From assembly GCA_025699025.1 (NCBI GenBank), contig JAILWJ010000003.1, forward strand, positions 122,192 through 154,191: DNA of 32,000 bases. The letters run 5' to 3'. A program made the translations under genes and the position numbers. Every line of letters starts with the position of its first letter. Position 1 is the first letter of the stretch. This DNA comes from Nitrosarchaeum sp. (GTDB taxonomy: Archaea; Thermoproteota; Nitrososphaeria; Nitrososphaerales; Nitrosopumilaceae). Shown one piece after another: positions 22,841 through 31,578 of this stretch. The notes under the pieces are model-generated. The model did not search any database, had not been told where the DNA came from, and saw only the letters and a program-made list of their open reading frames with translations.

Positions 22841-24079
22841 TTGCCAAAGATTACATCAATTAAAGGACGTGTCTTATACAATAGCAGAGGAAGCAAGACA
22901 ATCGAAGTAGACATAATATCAGACAATCAATTTTTAGGCAGAGTTTGTGCTCCGTCAGGGGCCAGCGTTGGAAAATACGAGGCAGTAAGCTTTCCCAATG
23001 GAAACCCAGAAGAGAGCCTCAAAATATTAAATGACAATGCCCAAAAATTTATCGGGCTAGAATCATCAGATCTTAGAACTATACATGATACTTTGAAAAG
23101 CCTAGATGAATCATCAAATTATTCTAAGATTGGCGGGGCCCTAGCATTTGCAGTAACTATTGCATCAACAGAGTCGGCATCAAAAGCATTGGATAAGCCA
23201 ATGTTTCAAACATTATCGTCAGAATCTTCATTCAAATTTCCATTTCCACTAGGAAATATTTTGGGTGGAGGAGCACATGCAGGTCCGGGTACGCCAGATA
23301 TTCAAGAGATTCTGATTTGCTCAACAGGTTCAAAATCAATCAGAGATGCCATTGAAACAAATTTACTAGTTCACAAAGAATTACGAGGCATCTTAGAAAA
23401 AGAAGATCCCAGTTTTACTAATGGCAGAGGAGATGAGGGAGGTTGGGCTCCAAAACTAGACAATGAAAAGGCACTAGAGCTTGCTGCAAAGGCTTGTGAA
23501 AATTTGGGATTCACATTGGGAAGGGAAGTATCACTAGGAGTAGACTTTGCATCATCAACACAATGGAATGAAGAAAAGCAGAGATACATATACAACAGGG
23601 CAGGGTTTGAAAATTCACCAGAAGAGCAAATAGAGTTTGCTGCAAACATCATTGAGAAATACAAGTTAATTTATGCAGAGGATGCGGTTCATGAAGAAGC
23701 ATTTGCAGACATGGCAGAGATTACTGCAAAATTTCCGAAAACAATGATCACTGGTGACGACCTGACAGTCACTAACAAGAATATTTTAGAGAAGGCGATC
23801 GGTTCAAAATCATGCAATGCAGCAATTCTCAAAGTAAACCAAGCTGGAAGTCTTTACGATGCAATGGAATTTGCAAACTTGGCAAACCAAAACAACATAA
23901 AACTAGTCACATCCCATAGATCAGGAGAATCTACAGATTCCCATATTTCCCATATCGGTCTTGCCACAAAGTCAAAAATGCTCAAAGTTGGCGTTGTTGG
24001 AGGAGAAAGAGTGGCAAAATTAAATGAGCTTATACGCCTATCAGAGCATGATTTAATACGCGGTATGATAGAGATTTAA
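22841..24079 (+). CDS. eno: Enolase (phosphopyruvate hydratase)
   Basis: TTG start 1 nt after the rpoN stop. ITSIKGRVLYNSRGSKTIEVDI, GDDLTVTN, LKVNQAGS and SHRSGESTDS motifs. Confidence 0.9.
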   Translation: MPKITSIKGRVLYNSRGSKTIEVDIISDNQFLGRVCAPSGASVGKYEAVSFPNGNPEESLKILNDNAQKFIGLESSDLRTIHDTLKSLDESSNYSKIGGALAFAVTIASTESASKALDKPMFQTLSSESSFKFPFPLGNILGGGAHAGPGTPDIQEILICSTGSKSIRDAIETNLLVHKELRGILEKEDPSFTNGRGDEGGWAPKLDNEKALELAAKACENLGFTLGREVSLGVDFASSTQWNEEKQRYIYNRAGFENSPEEQIEFAANIIEKYKLIYAEDAVHEEAFADMAEITAKFPKTMITGDDLTVTNKNILEKAIGSKSCNAAILKVNQAGSLYDAMEFANLANQNNIKLVTSHRSGESTDSHISHIGLATKSKMLKVGVVGGERVAKLNELIRLSEHDLIRGMIEI

Positions 24080-24086
24080 AATCGCT

Positions 24087-24710
24087 ATGAGCCAACAAAC
24101 AGAAGCATCTGACATCAAAAAGAAGATCCTATCTACAGGAATTAGAGTAGGAACACAAGTAAAAACCAAGTTCATGAAACCATTTATCACAAAGGCCAGT
24201 CCCGAAGGACTTTACATGCTAGATCTAGACATCACATTGGAAAAGATTCAAACTGCTGCCAAGTTCATCAACCGTCTAGGCACGGACAAGCTCATTGTAT
24301 GCTCAGCAAGGCAATACGCAAATACGCCAATTGAAAAATTTTGTGAGATCCTAGGCTCAAAAAAATTACTTGGAAGGTTCATGCCAGGCACTTTGACTAA
24401 TCCATCATTACCATATTACATTGAGCCAAAATTAGTTTTAATTTCTGATCCTCAAGTAGACGAACAAGCAATTACTGAGGCAACCAATGCAGGGATTCCA
24501 GTGATCGGAATCGCAAACACTGACAACATTACATCAAAGCTTGACTTAATCATTCCAGCAAACAACAGAGGAAGAAAAGCTCTTGCTACAGTTTACTGGT
24601 TATTGGTACGACAGATTCTCATTGAGAGAGGGGAGCTTAAAGAAGACGAACCAATGAAGTACGAAATAGATGATTTTGAAACAAAGATTACGGAAGAGGA
24701 AATAGAGTAA
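24087..24710 (+). CDS. rps2: 30S ribosomal protein uS2
   Basis: GIRVGTQVKTKFMKPFI...GLYMLDL...GRFMPGTLTNP...DPQVDEQAITEA...GIPVIGIANTDN are typical of archaeal uS2. Confidence 0.9.
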   Translation: MSQQTEASDIKKKILSTGIRVGTQVKTKFMKPFITKASPEGLYMLDLDITLEKIQTAAKFINRLGTDKLIVCSARQYANTPIEKFCEILGSKKLLGRFMPGTLTNPSLPYYIEPKLVLISDPQVDEQAITEATNAGIPVIGIANTDNITSKLDLIIPANNRGRKALATVYWLLVRQILIERGELKEDEPMKYEIDDFETKITEEEIE

Positions 24711-25543
24711 TGCAAATTAGAACACCGGCAGTAGCCGGAATGTTCTATCCCAGTGAAAAAAACGAGTTAAGACAGTCAATCAAACAATCATTTTTGCATA
24801 AATTCGGTCCAGGAAAAATTCCCCCATCAAAGACTAGAAAGAAAATTTATGGTATAATCTGTCCGCATGCTGGGTATATGTATTCAGGTCCAATTGCATG
24901 TCAATCATTTTATGCAATATCATCAGATCTTCCTGAATTATTCATCATTGTAGGTCCCAATCATTGGGGAATTGGATGCAACGTAGCTACAATGAAAGAC
25001 TGTAAATGGCAAACACCACTTGGGGAAGTAGATGTAGATTCAGAAACTGTTGATGATATTTCAAATATAACAGATGTGATTGAGATTGATAGTTTTTCTC
25101 ATTCAAGAGAACATAGTTTAGAAGTTCAGATTCCAATACTTCAAGAGATGTCAACGAATTTCAAGATAGTGCCTATCGCATTGATCAATCAAAGTAAAGA
25201 AATAGCATACAAAGTTGGTTTAGCTATAGCAGAAATTGCGGAAAAAAAGAAGATAATGATTGTGGGCTCTTCTGATTTTACACACTATGAACCAAATGAA
25301 TTTGCACATGAACAAGATACCGCATTAATTGAGCCTATTTTGAGGCTTGATGTAGATAGATTTTATCAAGTTTTACGAGAGCGACACGTCACTGCATGTG
25401 GATATGGAGCAATTGCATCAACAATGATTGCTTGCAAAGAGCTAGGTGCAACAAAAGGAGAGCTGCTGAAATATGCTACAAGTGGAGACATTACAGGAGA
25501 TACGAGTTCGGTTGTTGGATACGGGTCGATTATTTTTACTTGA
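24710..25543 (+). CDS. MEMO1-family protein (AmmeMemoRadiSam system protein B-like)
   Basis: PAVAGMFYP, CPHAGYMYSG, GPNHWG, SSDFTHY and CGYGAI motifs. Its ATG overlaps the rps2 stop (TAATG). Confidence 0.85.
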   Translation: MQIRTPAVAGMFYPSEKNELRQSIKQSFLHKFGPGKIPPSKTRKKIYGIICPHAGYMYSGPIACQSFYAISSDLPELFIIVGPNHWGIGCNVATMKDCKWQTPLGEVDVDSETVDDISNITDVIEIDSFSHSREHSLEVQIPILQEMSTNFKIVPIALINQSKEIAYKVGLAIAEIAEKKKIMIVGSSDFTHYEPNEFAHEQDTALIEPILRLDVDRFYQVLRERHVTACGYGAIASTMIACKELGATKGELLKYATSGDITGDTSSVVGYGSIIFT

Positions 25544-26487
25544 AAACTAAGGCATCTGCGCCCGGAAAAGTAATTCTTTTTGGAGAGCACTTTGTGGTTT
25601 ATGGAGTCAAGGCAATACTATGTGCAATTGATAAACGGATTACAGTAACAGCAGAAGACATTCCAGAGAGAAAAATTTCAATCAAATCAAACATAGGAGA
25701 GTTGGAATATCCAACCAGTAGACCAACATCAGAGATAAAATCCCCACTCAAACCATTTTATTATCTAGCAAACAAAATGTTGGAAAAACACAAGCAACAT
25801 CAAGGAATCAAAATCGTTGTAGAATCTGAAATACCAACGGGTGTAGGATTAGGATCTTCTTCAGCATGTTGTGTTGCCGCAGCGGCTGCAATAACCAGAT
25901 TATTTGAAAAAAATAGCAAAGAACAGATTTTAGAATTAGCTATAGAGGCAGAAAAAACAATATTTGAAAATACATCAGGCGCTGATTGTACAGTATGTAC
26001 ATTCGGGGGATTAATAGAATATGACAAAGAAAATGGATTTACACAGATTGATTCTAAATCAGGCTTTCATTTAGTTATTGCAAATTCCAACATCGAGCAT
26101 TCCACAGATACAGTTGTAGCAAGTGTCAAACAATTCAAAAACAAAAATGAAGAAATTTTTGCAGAGATGTGCAAAAAAGAATCAGAATTAATCAACAGAG
26201 CCATGAGGGGGTTAAAACAAAATGATCTGGAGACATTAGGCAAATGCATGCACGACAATCAGGAATTTCTAGAGAGAATTGGGATATCCAACCAAAAATT
26301 ACGTGACATGGTTAAGGTGGCAGAAAATACGTCGTTTGGGGCAAAAATTACAGGTGCGGGGGGAGGTGGATGTATCATTGCATTAACAGATGAATCCAAT
26401 CTAGAGAGAGCAATGTCCGAGTTAAGGGAGAAAAAATACGAATGCTTTTCTGTAAAAATTGATTTTAAAGGATTGGATACTTTTTAA
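25540..26487 (+). CDS. mvk: Mevalonate kinase (GHMP kinase)
   Basis: I place the start at TTG 25540 (LKTKASAPGKVILFGEHFVVYG is the canonical MVK N-terminus), overlapping the upstream stop as TTGA. GHMP motif PTGVGLGSSSA, and C-terminal GAKITGAGGGGC. Confidence 0.9.
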   Translation: MKTKASAPGKVILFGEHFVVYGVKAILCAIDKRITVTAEDIPERKISIKSNIGELEYPTSRPTSEIKSPLKPFYYLANKMLEKHKQHQGIKIVVESEIPTGVGLGSSSACCVAAAAAITRLFEKNSKEQILELAIEAEKTIFENTSGADCTVCTFGGLIEYDKENGFTQIDSKSGFHLVIANSNIEHSTDTVVASVKQFKNKNEEIFAEMCKKESELINRAMRGLKQNDLETLGKCMHDNQEFLERIGISNQKLRDMVKVAENTSFGAKITGAGGGGCIIALTDESNLERAMSELREKKYECFSVKIDFKGLDTF

Positions 26488-26510
26488 TTGACTAGATATT
26501 TGGTGACAGC

Positions 26511-27263
26511 ATGATTCTCTTAAAATTAGGAGGCTCCATAATAACAAATAAAGAAAAGCCACTTACTCCTAGAAAAAAAATCATAGAAAACATTGCCAAG
26601 AGTTTAAAGAAAATTAATGAACCCGTAATCATTGTACATGGTGGAGGTTCCTTTGGTCATTATTGGTCAGTAAAATATGACATGCATACTAAACCAAAAA
26701 AATACGACATGCACGGAGTTGCGATTGTAAAAAATTCAATGATTGAACTAAATAAGATAATACTAGATGCATTTGTAAAGAATAAGTTAAATCCATATTC
26801 ACTTCCTCCAACTGATTTTATGTGGGGAAACAAGTCAGTACCAAATAAGATCAGAGAGATTGAAAAAATTGCAAAGGCAGGGCTTACTCCAGTCACTTAC
26901 GGAGATGCTCTTTGGTATGGCAACAAAAAGACATACATCTTGTCAGGAGACAAGATAATGACACATTTGGCTAAAATTCTAAAACCCAGAATGTGTATTT
27001 TTGCTCTAAATGAAGATGGGCTTTATTCCGATCTAAAAACAAAAAAATTGATTTACGAGTTAAGAGGGGAGAATCCAAAAATCTCGGAAAATAAAATGGA
27101 TGTGACTGGCGGGATGGCAAGAAAGGTAGAAGAGGCAACAAACATTGCAAAGATGGGAATAGATGTGTTTTTTGTAAATGGTAACAAACCAGAAAGAATT
27201 GTGAAAGCGGTTAAAAATAGGAAATATGAAGGTACATTGTTTAGAGGAAAAAACAATGCCTGA
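26511..27263 (+). CDS. Isopentenyl phosphate kinase (amino acid kinase fold)
   Basis: LKLGGSIITNK, VHGGGSFGH, SGD and DVTGGM motifs. It sits between mvk and idi, as in other archaea. Confidence 0.85.
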   Translation: MILLKLGGSIITNKEKPLTPRKKIIENIAKSLKKINEPVIIVHGGGSFGHYWSVKYDMHTKPKKYDMHGVAIVKNSMIELNKIILDAFVKNKLNPYSLPPTDFMWGNKSVPNKIREIEKIAKAGLTPVTYGDALWYGNKKTYILSGDKIMTHLAKILKPRMCIFALNEDGLYSDLKTKKLIYELRGENPKISENKMDVTGGMARKVEEATNIAKMGIDVFFVNGNKPERIVKAVKNRKYEGTLFRGKNNA

Positions 27264-27897
27264 AGAATACGTGATTTTAGTAGACCAAAATGATAACCCA
27301 GTGGGATTAGAGGAGAAAGTAAAGTGTCATTTGCCAAATGGAAAGCTTCACAGAGCATTTACAGCATTGTTATTTGACAAAAATGGAAGACTGGTTCTCA
27401 CAAAAAGGGCAAGCGAAAAGATGCTATGGCCAGGAGATTGGGACGGGACTGTCGCAAGTCACCCAAGAGAAGGTGAGACGTATGCATCATCTGCAGAAAG
27501 AAGAATGCCTGAAGAAATAGGCATCCCATGCAAAATGGATTATTTAATGAAATTTGAGTATCACGTGCCATACAAGGACGTAGGATCTGAGAACGAGATA
27601 TGCGGCACACTGATTGGAATTGTTGATGAATCAACCAAATTTAAGATGGTCAAAGGAGAAATAGATGAGATAAAATGGATCTCAGCAAAGGATCTTCTAT
27701 CGGAAATCAAAAATGACCCGAAAATATATTGTCCATGGATGCTAATTGCACTGAAGTTTTTAGATAGATCAGAAAAAATGATGCTAGACAAATATCAAGA
27801 AATATTGTCGTCATGGATTGACGAGGGTTTGAAAAAGGAATTATCAAATGCGATTAAGACTCACCTTCCAGATGACAAGTGGAGGCTGGTAGAATGA
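27256..27897 (+). CDS. idi: Isopentenyl-diphosphate delta-isomerase, type 1 (Nudix fold)
   Basis: I place the start at ATG 27256 (MPEEYVILVDQNDNPVG), overlapping the ipk stop. HRAFTALLFDKNGRLVLTKRASEKMLWPGDWDGTVASHP...E...E is the type 1 IDI pattern. Confidence 0.85.
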   Translation: MPEEYVILVDQNDNPVGLEEKVKCHLPNGKLHRAFTALLFDKNGRLVLTKRASEKMLWPGDWDGTVASHPREGETYASSAERRMPEEIGIPCKMDYLMKFEYHVPYKDVGSENEICGTLIGIVDESTKFKMVKGEIDEIKWISAKDLLSEIKNDPKIYCPWMLIALKFLDRSEKMMLDKYQEILSSWIDEGLKKELSNAIKTHLPDDKWRLVE

Positions 27898-28871
27898 AAA
27901 TGTCACCTATTGAAAAAAATGCAAAAATTGTTAACCGCTATTTGAACGCTAAATTAAAAGGAAATCCAAAAATGCTTTATGATGCAGCAGGCCATCTCAT
28001 AATTAACGGTGGAAAGAGACTAAGGCCATACATGGTAATGAAAAGCTGTCAGATTCTTGGTGGAAGAACTACAAGCTCAATATCAGCCGCAAGTGCGGTT
28101 GAGATGGTACATAATTTTACACTAGTCCATGACGACATTATGGACAATGATGAAATGAGACATGGCGTTCCAACAGTTCACAAGAAATATGGAATGCCTG
28201 TAGCAATTCTTGCAGGCGATGTGCTATTTTCAAAAGCATACCAGATAATTTCAGATTCAAATTTATCAAGTAATGCAACAAACCAACTAATTTCAAGACT
28301 AGCAAAAGCATGCGTAGATGTTTGCGAAGGACAACTACTTGACATCAAGATGGCAGAGCAAAAGAAAATTCCATCACAGGCAGAATATATTGCAATGATA
28401 GGCAAAAAAACAGCAGCTTTGTTTGATGTTTCATGTGCAATGGGAGCAATTTGTGCTACAAACAAACCAAGAGACATTACAAATCTTTCATCATTTGGAA
28501 GAAACTTGGGAATTGCATTTCAAATCACAGATGATCTAATTGGAGTAATGGGAGATCCAAAAATCACTAAAAAACCAGTAGGAAACGATCTTAGGGAGGG
28601 TAAAAAGTCACTTCCAATTTTATTAGCAATAAAGATAGCAAAAGGTAATGACAAAAAAACTATTTTGAAGGTATTTGGAAATCCAAAAGCCACAAAAGAC
28701 GAACTCAAAAAAGCCGTAGATGTTATACGCAGGCTCGGAATTGAGGAAAATGTACGTAATCAGGCGCTAAAATACGCAGAAAAAGCAAAAAAATCACTTT
28801 TGGTTTATTCTGGTCCTTCCAAGGCAGAACTGATCAATCTGTTAGATTTTGTGGTAAAGAGAAGTTTGTAA
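27894..28871 (+). CDS. Short-chain (E)-polyprenyl diphosphate synthase, probably geranylgeranyl diphosphate synthase
   Basis: ATGA start/stop overlap with idi. First Asp-rich motif LVHDDIMDNDEMRHG, with Phe five residues before it (a short-chain determinant). Second motif FQITDDLIG. Confidence 0.85.
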   Translation: MKMSPIEKNAKIVNRYLNAKLKGNPKMLYDAAGHLIINGGKRLRPYMVMKSCQILGGRTTSSISAASAVEMVHNFTLVHDDIMDNDEMRHGVPTVHKKYGMPVAILAGDVLFSKAYQIISDSNLSSNATNQLISRLAKACVDVCEGQLLDIKMAEQKKIPSQAEYIAMIGKKTAALFDVSCAMGAICATNKPRDITNLSSFGRNLGIAFQITDDLIGVMGDPKITKKPVGNDLREGKKSLPILLAIKIAKGNDKKTILKVFGNPKATKDELKKAVDVIRRLGIEENVRNQALKYAEKAKKSLLVYSGPSKAELINLLDFVVKRSL

Positions 28872-28987
28872 ACACATGTTATTTTAAAAAATGGACAATC
28901 ATACGTCCGTTGATAAAAATCGGTGAAACGATGCAAGCAAGTCAATTAGTATAAAAAAGCCTCAAAGTAACGACAACATGAATCAAT

Positions 28988-30697
28988 TTGGATAATGAGC
29001 TTCAAAAAGAGATTAGAAAGATTGCTTTACAGAATGCATTTGAACACGAGGGAAAAACTCAAGATAAAATCATCTTAGCAAAAATTCTTGGAACGAAACC
29101 AGAGTTTAGAACAAAAGTAAAAGAAATTATCGGAGATATTTCTGAAATTGTTTCATCAGTCAATCAATTATCATTAGTGCAACAACAAAAGGAAATTGAG
29201 GAAAAATTTCCAGAGATTCTAAGTCCAAAAGAAAAAATTGAAGAGAGGGAAGGGCTTCCACCATTATCAAATGCAGAACAAGGCAAAGTTATTACAAGAT
29301 TTCCTCCAGAACCAAATGGATATCCACACATAGGACATGCAAAAGCCGCGATAATCAATGCAGAATATGCAAAAATGTATGGCGGAAAATGCATACTTAG
29401 AATGGACGATACGAATCCCGAAGCGGAAAGAATGGAATACCATGCAGCAATCAAGGTCGGACTTGATTGGCTAGGAATTCATTTTGACAAGATAAAGAAT
29501 ACGTCTGATGACATGGAGTTATTTTATGAGAAAGGCATGGAGCTAATCAAATCTGGAAAAGCTTACGTTTGTACTTGTAAAAGAGACGACATAAGCAAAA
29601 ACAGAAAAGAACGCAAAGCTTGCAAATGCAGCATGGGAGATTCTAAACAAAATATCCAAGGGTGGGAAAAGATGTTTGAAAAATACAAACAAGGAGATGC
29701 CATTGTAAGATTTAGAGGAGATATGAAAGCAGACAATGCAGTAATGAGAGATCCTGTATTGTTTAGAATAGTAGAAGAGAAACACTATACTTTAGGAGAA
29801 AAGTATAGAGTTTGGCCGAGTTATGATTTTGCAGTTGCAATTGAGGACAGTAATGATGGAATTACGCACGCTTTCCGTTCCAAAGAATTTGAATTAAGAA
29901 AAGAATTGATCGATGCAATTTTAGACGCTTTGAACATGAGAAAACCCCATCAAGGATTCTTTTCAAGATTAGAGTTCAAAGGAATGCCCATCTCAAAGAG
30001 GATTCTAAGACCTTTAATCGAGGAGGGAAAAGTGTCATGGTACGATGATCCACGCCTTCCCACGTTAGAGGCACTAAGAAGAAGAGGGATAAAACCAGAG
30101 GCAATAAAAAAATTCATTCTGTCACTGGGTTTGACAAAAGCAAATACGCTAGCTCCATTTGATGCATTGGAGGCATTTAACAGAAAATTTGTCGATGCAG
30201 ACAGCATAAGACTATTCATGGTTTTGCGAGCAAAAAAACTTGTTGTGAAGAAATTACCGATGTCATTTGTTGAAATTCCTAATCATCCAATCAGAGATAT
30301 CGGAAAACGAAAAATTGAGATTGATGAAAATTTTTTCATTTCGGGAGAAGATGCACAGAACATCAAAGTAGATTCCATGATCAGATTGATGGGATTGGGA
30401 AATGTCAAAATTACAAAAGCAGGAGAAACCTTCGAAGGTGAATTTGCAGGAGATGGAGATTCGTCGGATATTTTAAAAATTCAATGGGTACCACAAAAAA
30501 ACGCCCATGAAATAAAATTGATGATTCCAAAACAATTATTCATCGACGAGGAATTTAATGAGGAAAGTTTAGAAGAGTTAGAGGTTTATACAGAACCACA
30601 TTACTTACAATTAAAAGAAGGAGAAGAAATTCAATTTGTCAGATTTGGATATTGTAGAAAAGATTCACAAAATCAAGCAATTTTTACACACAAGTAA
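28988..30697 (+). CDS. gltX: Glutamyl-tRNA synthetase (archaeal type)
   Basis: TTG start. RFPPEPNGYPHIGHAKAA (HIGH motif), WPSYDFAVAIEDS and a class I Glu/Gln-RS core. Confidence 0.9.
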   Translation: MDNELQKEIRKIALQNAFEHEGKTQDKIILAKILGTKPEFRTKVKEIIGDISEIVSSVNQLSLVQQQKEIEEKFPEILSPKEKIEEREGLPPLSNAEQGKVITRFPPEPNGYPHIGHAKAAIINAEYAKMYGGKCILRMDDTNPEAERMEYHAAIKVGLDWLGIHFDKIKNTSDDMELFYEKGMELIKSGKAYVCTCKRDDISKNRKERKACKCSMGDSKQNIQGWEKMFEKYKQGDAIVRFRGDMKADNAVMRDPVLFRIVEEKHYTLGEKYRVWPSYDFAVAIEDSNDGITHAFRSKEFELRKELIDAILDALNMRKPHQGFFSRLEFKGMPISKRILRPLIEEGKVSWYDDPRLPTLEALRRRGIKPEAIKKFILSLGLTKANTLAPFDALEAFNRKFVDADSIRLFMVLRAKKLVVKKLPMSFVEIPNHPIRDIGKRKIEIDENFFISGEDAQNIKVDSMIRLMGLGNVKITKAGETFEGEFAGDGDSSDILKIQWVPQKNAHEIKLMIPKQLFIDEEFNEESLEELEVYTEPHYLQLKEGEEIQFVRFGYCRKDSQNQAIFTHK

Positions 30698-30708
30698 GTG
30701 AAATAATT

Positions 30709-31578
30709 ATGAAGATAGCACGATTGTTAGACGAAAATACTGAAACTTATGGAATTGTAAAGGGAGACAGGGTTGCAACAAAAGATGAAATCACATACCA
30801 AACAGGAGTCCCAATACCGCAGAGTGTCAAAGATTTCCTATTTGATGGATGGTTTGAGGAGGTAAAAGAGCACCTCGAAGATCTCCCATACGCTGAAAGT
30901 ATTTCAAAATTCAAACTACTCAGTCCCATTCCAAACCCTAACAAGATCATTTGTCTTGCATTCAACTACACAGATCATGCTGCAGAGCAGGGATTAAAAG
31001 CTCCAGAAGATCCTGCCATAGTAATCAAACCCAGAACTGCATTAAACTCTACAGATTCAGATATTGTATGCCCAGATTTTGTAACTCAATTAGATTATGA
31101 AGTGGAACTAGCTATAGTTATTGGAAAAAACTGTAAAAACATCTCAGAAAGAGAGGCAAAAGAGGCAATTTTTGGATACATGGTATTCAACGATGTATCT
31201 GCAAGAGACATTCAGTCAAAGGATAAGCAGTTCACAAGAGGGAAGAGCTTTGATTCGTTTGCACCATGTGGACCATGGATTACTACTGCCGACGAGATAA
31301 TGGATCCTCAAAATCTCAGATTAACCACCAAAGTAAACGGACAAGTTCGACAAAATTCCTCCACCAGTAAAATGTTCATAAAAATTCCAGAGATTGTCTC
31401 AAAAATTAGCAAAGTTATGACACTGGAAAAAGGAGACATTATTTCTACAGGTACTCCTGCAGGAGTGATGCTAAACAAGCCAAATGCAGTATTTCTAAAA
31501 GATGGTGATAAAGTAGAAATGGAGATTGAAAAAGTTGGAATTTTGCGAAATACTATAAAATTTGTAAAAACTGACTAG
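30709..31578 (+). CDS. Fumarylacetoacetate hydrolase (FAH) family protein
   Basis: ICLAFNYTDHA, DYEVELAIVIGK, FNDVSARD, GKSFDSFAPCGPW and STGTPAGV motifs. Confidence 0.85.
   Translation: MKIARLLDENTETYGIVKGDRVATKDEITYQTGVPIPQSVKDFLFDGWFEEVKEHLEDLPYAESISKFKLLSPIPNPNKIICLAFNYTDHAAEQGLKAPEDPAIVIKPRTALNSTDSDIVCPDFVTQLDYEVELAIVIGKNCKNISEREAKEAIFGYMVFNDVSARDIQSKDKQFTRGKSFDSFAPCGPWITTADEIMDPQNLRLTTKVNGQVRQNSSTSKMFIKIPEIVSKISKVMTLEKGDIISTGTPAGVMLNKPNAVFLKDGDKVEMEIEKVGILRNTIKFVKTD

Noticed and set aside
25396-25539. N-terminal extensions proposed by the ORF track. Examples: mvk from 25396, mdh from 334, rpoN from 22567, idi from 27226, GGPP synthase from 27879 and translin from 19319.
   Set aside because: The extensions overlap the upstream gene or promoter elements and lack family similarity. 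Conserved N-terminal motifs begin at internal starts (25540, 445, 22603, 27256, 27894, 19334), which also give classic stop/start coupling.
24710-25543. Linking the MEMO-like (AmmeMemoRadiSam B-type) gene to the radical SAM gene at 2267-3844 as one AmmeMemoRadiSam system
   Set aside because: The two genes are more than 20 kb apart. No AMMECR1 gene is present in the window. The 525-aa B12-like radical SAM protein does not resemble the ~330-aa activase-like radical SAM partner of that system.
26680-26724. Mini-duplication KYDMH-TKPK-KYDMH inside isopentenyl phosphate kinase
   Set aside because: It is only a 5-aa repeat with diverged codons. It is too short to distinguish from chance or a trivial slippage event, and I can argue no functional implication.
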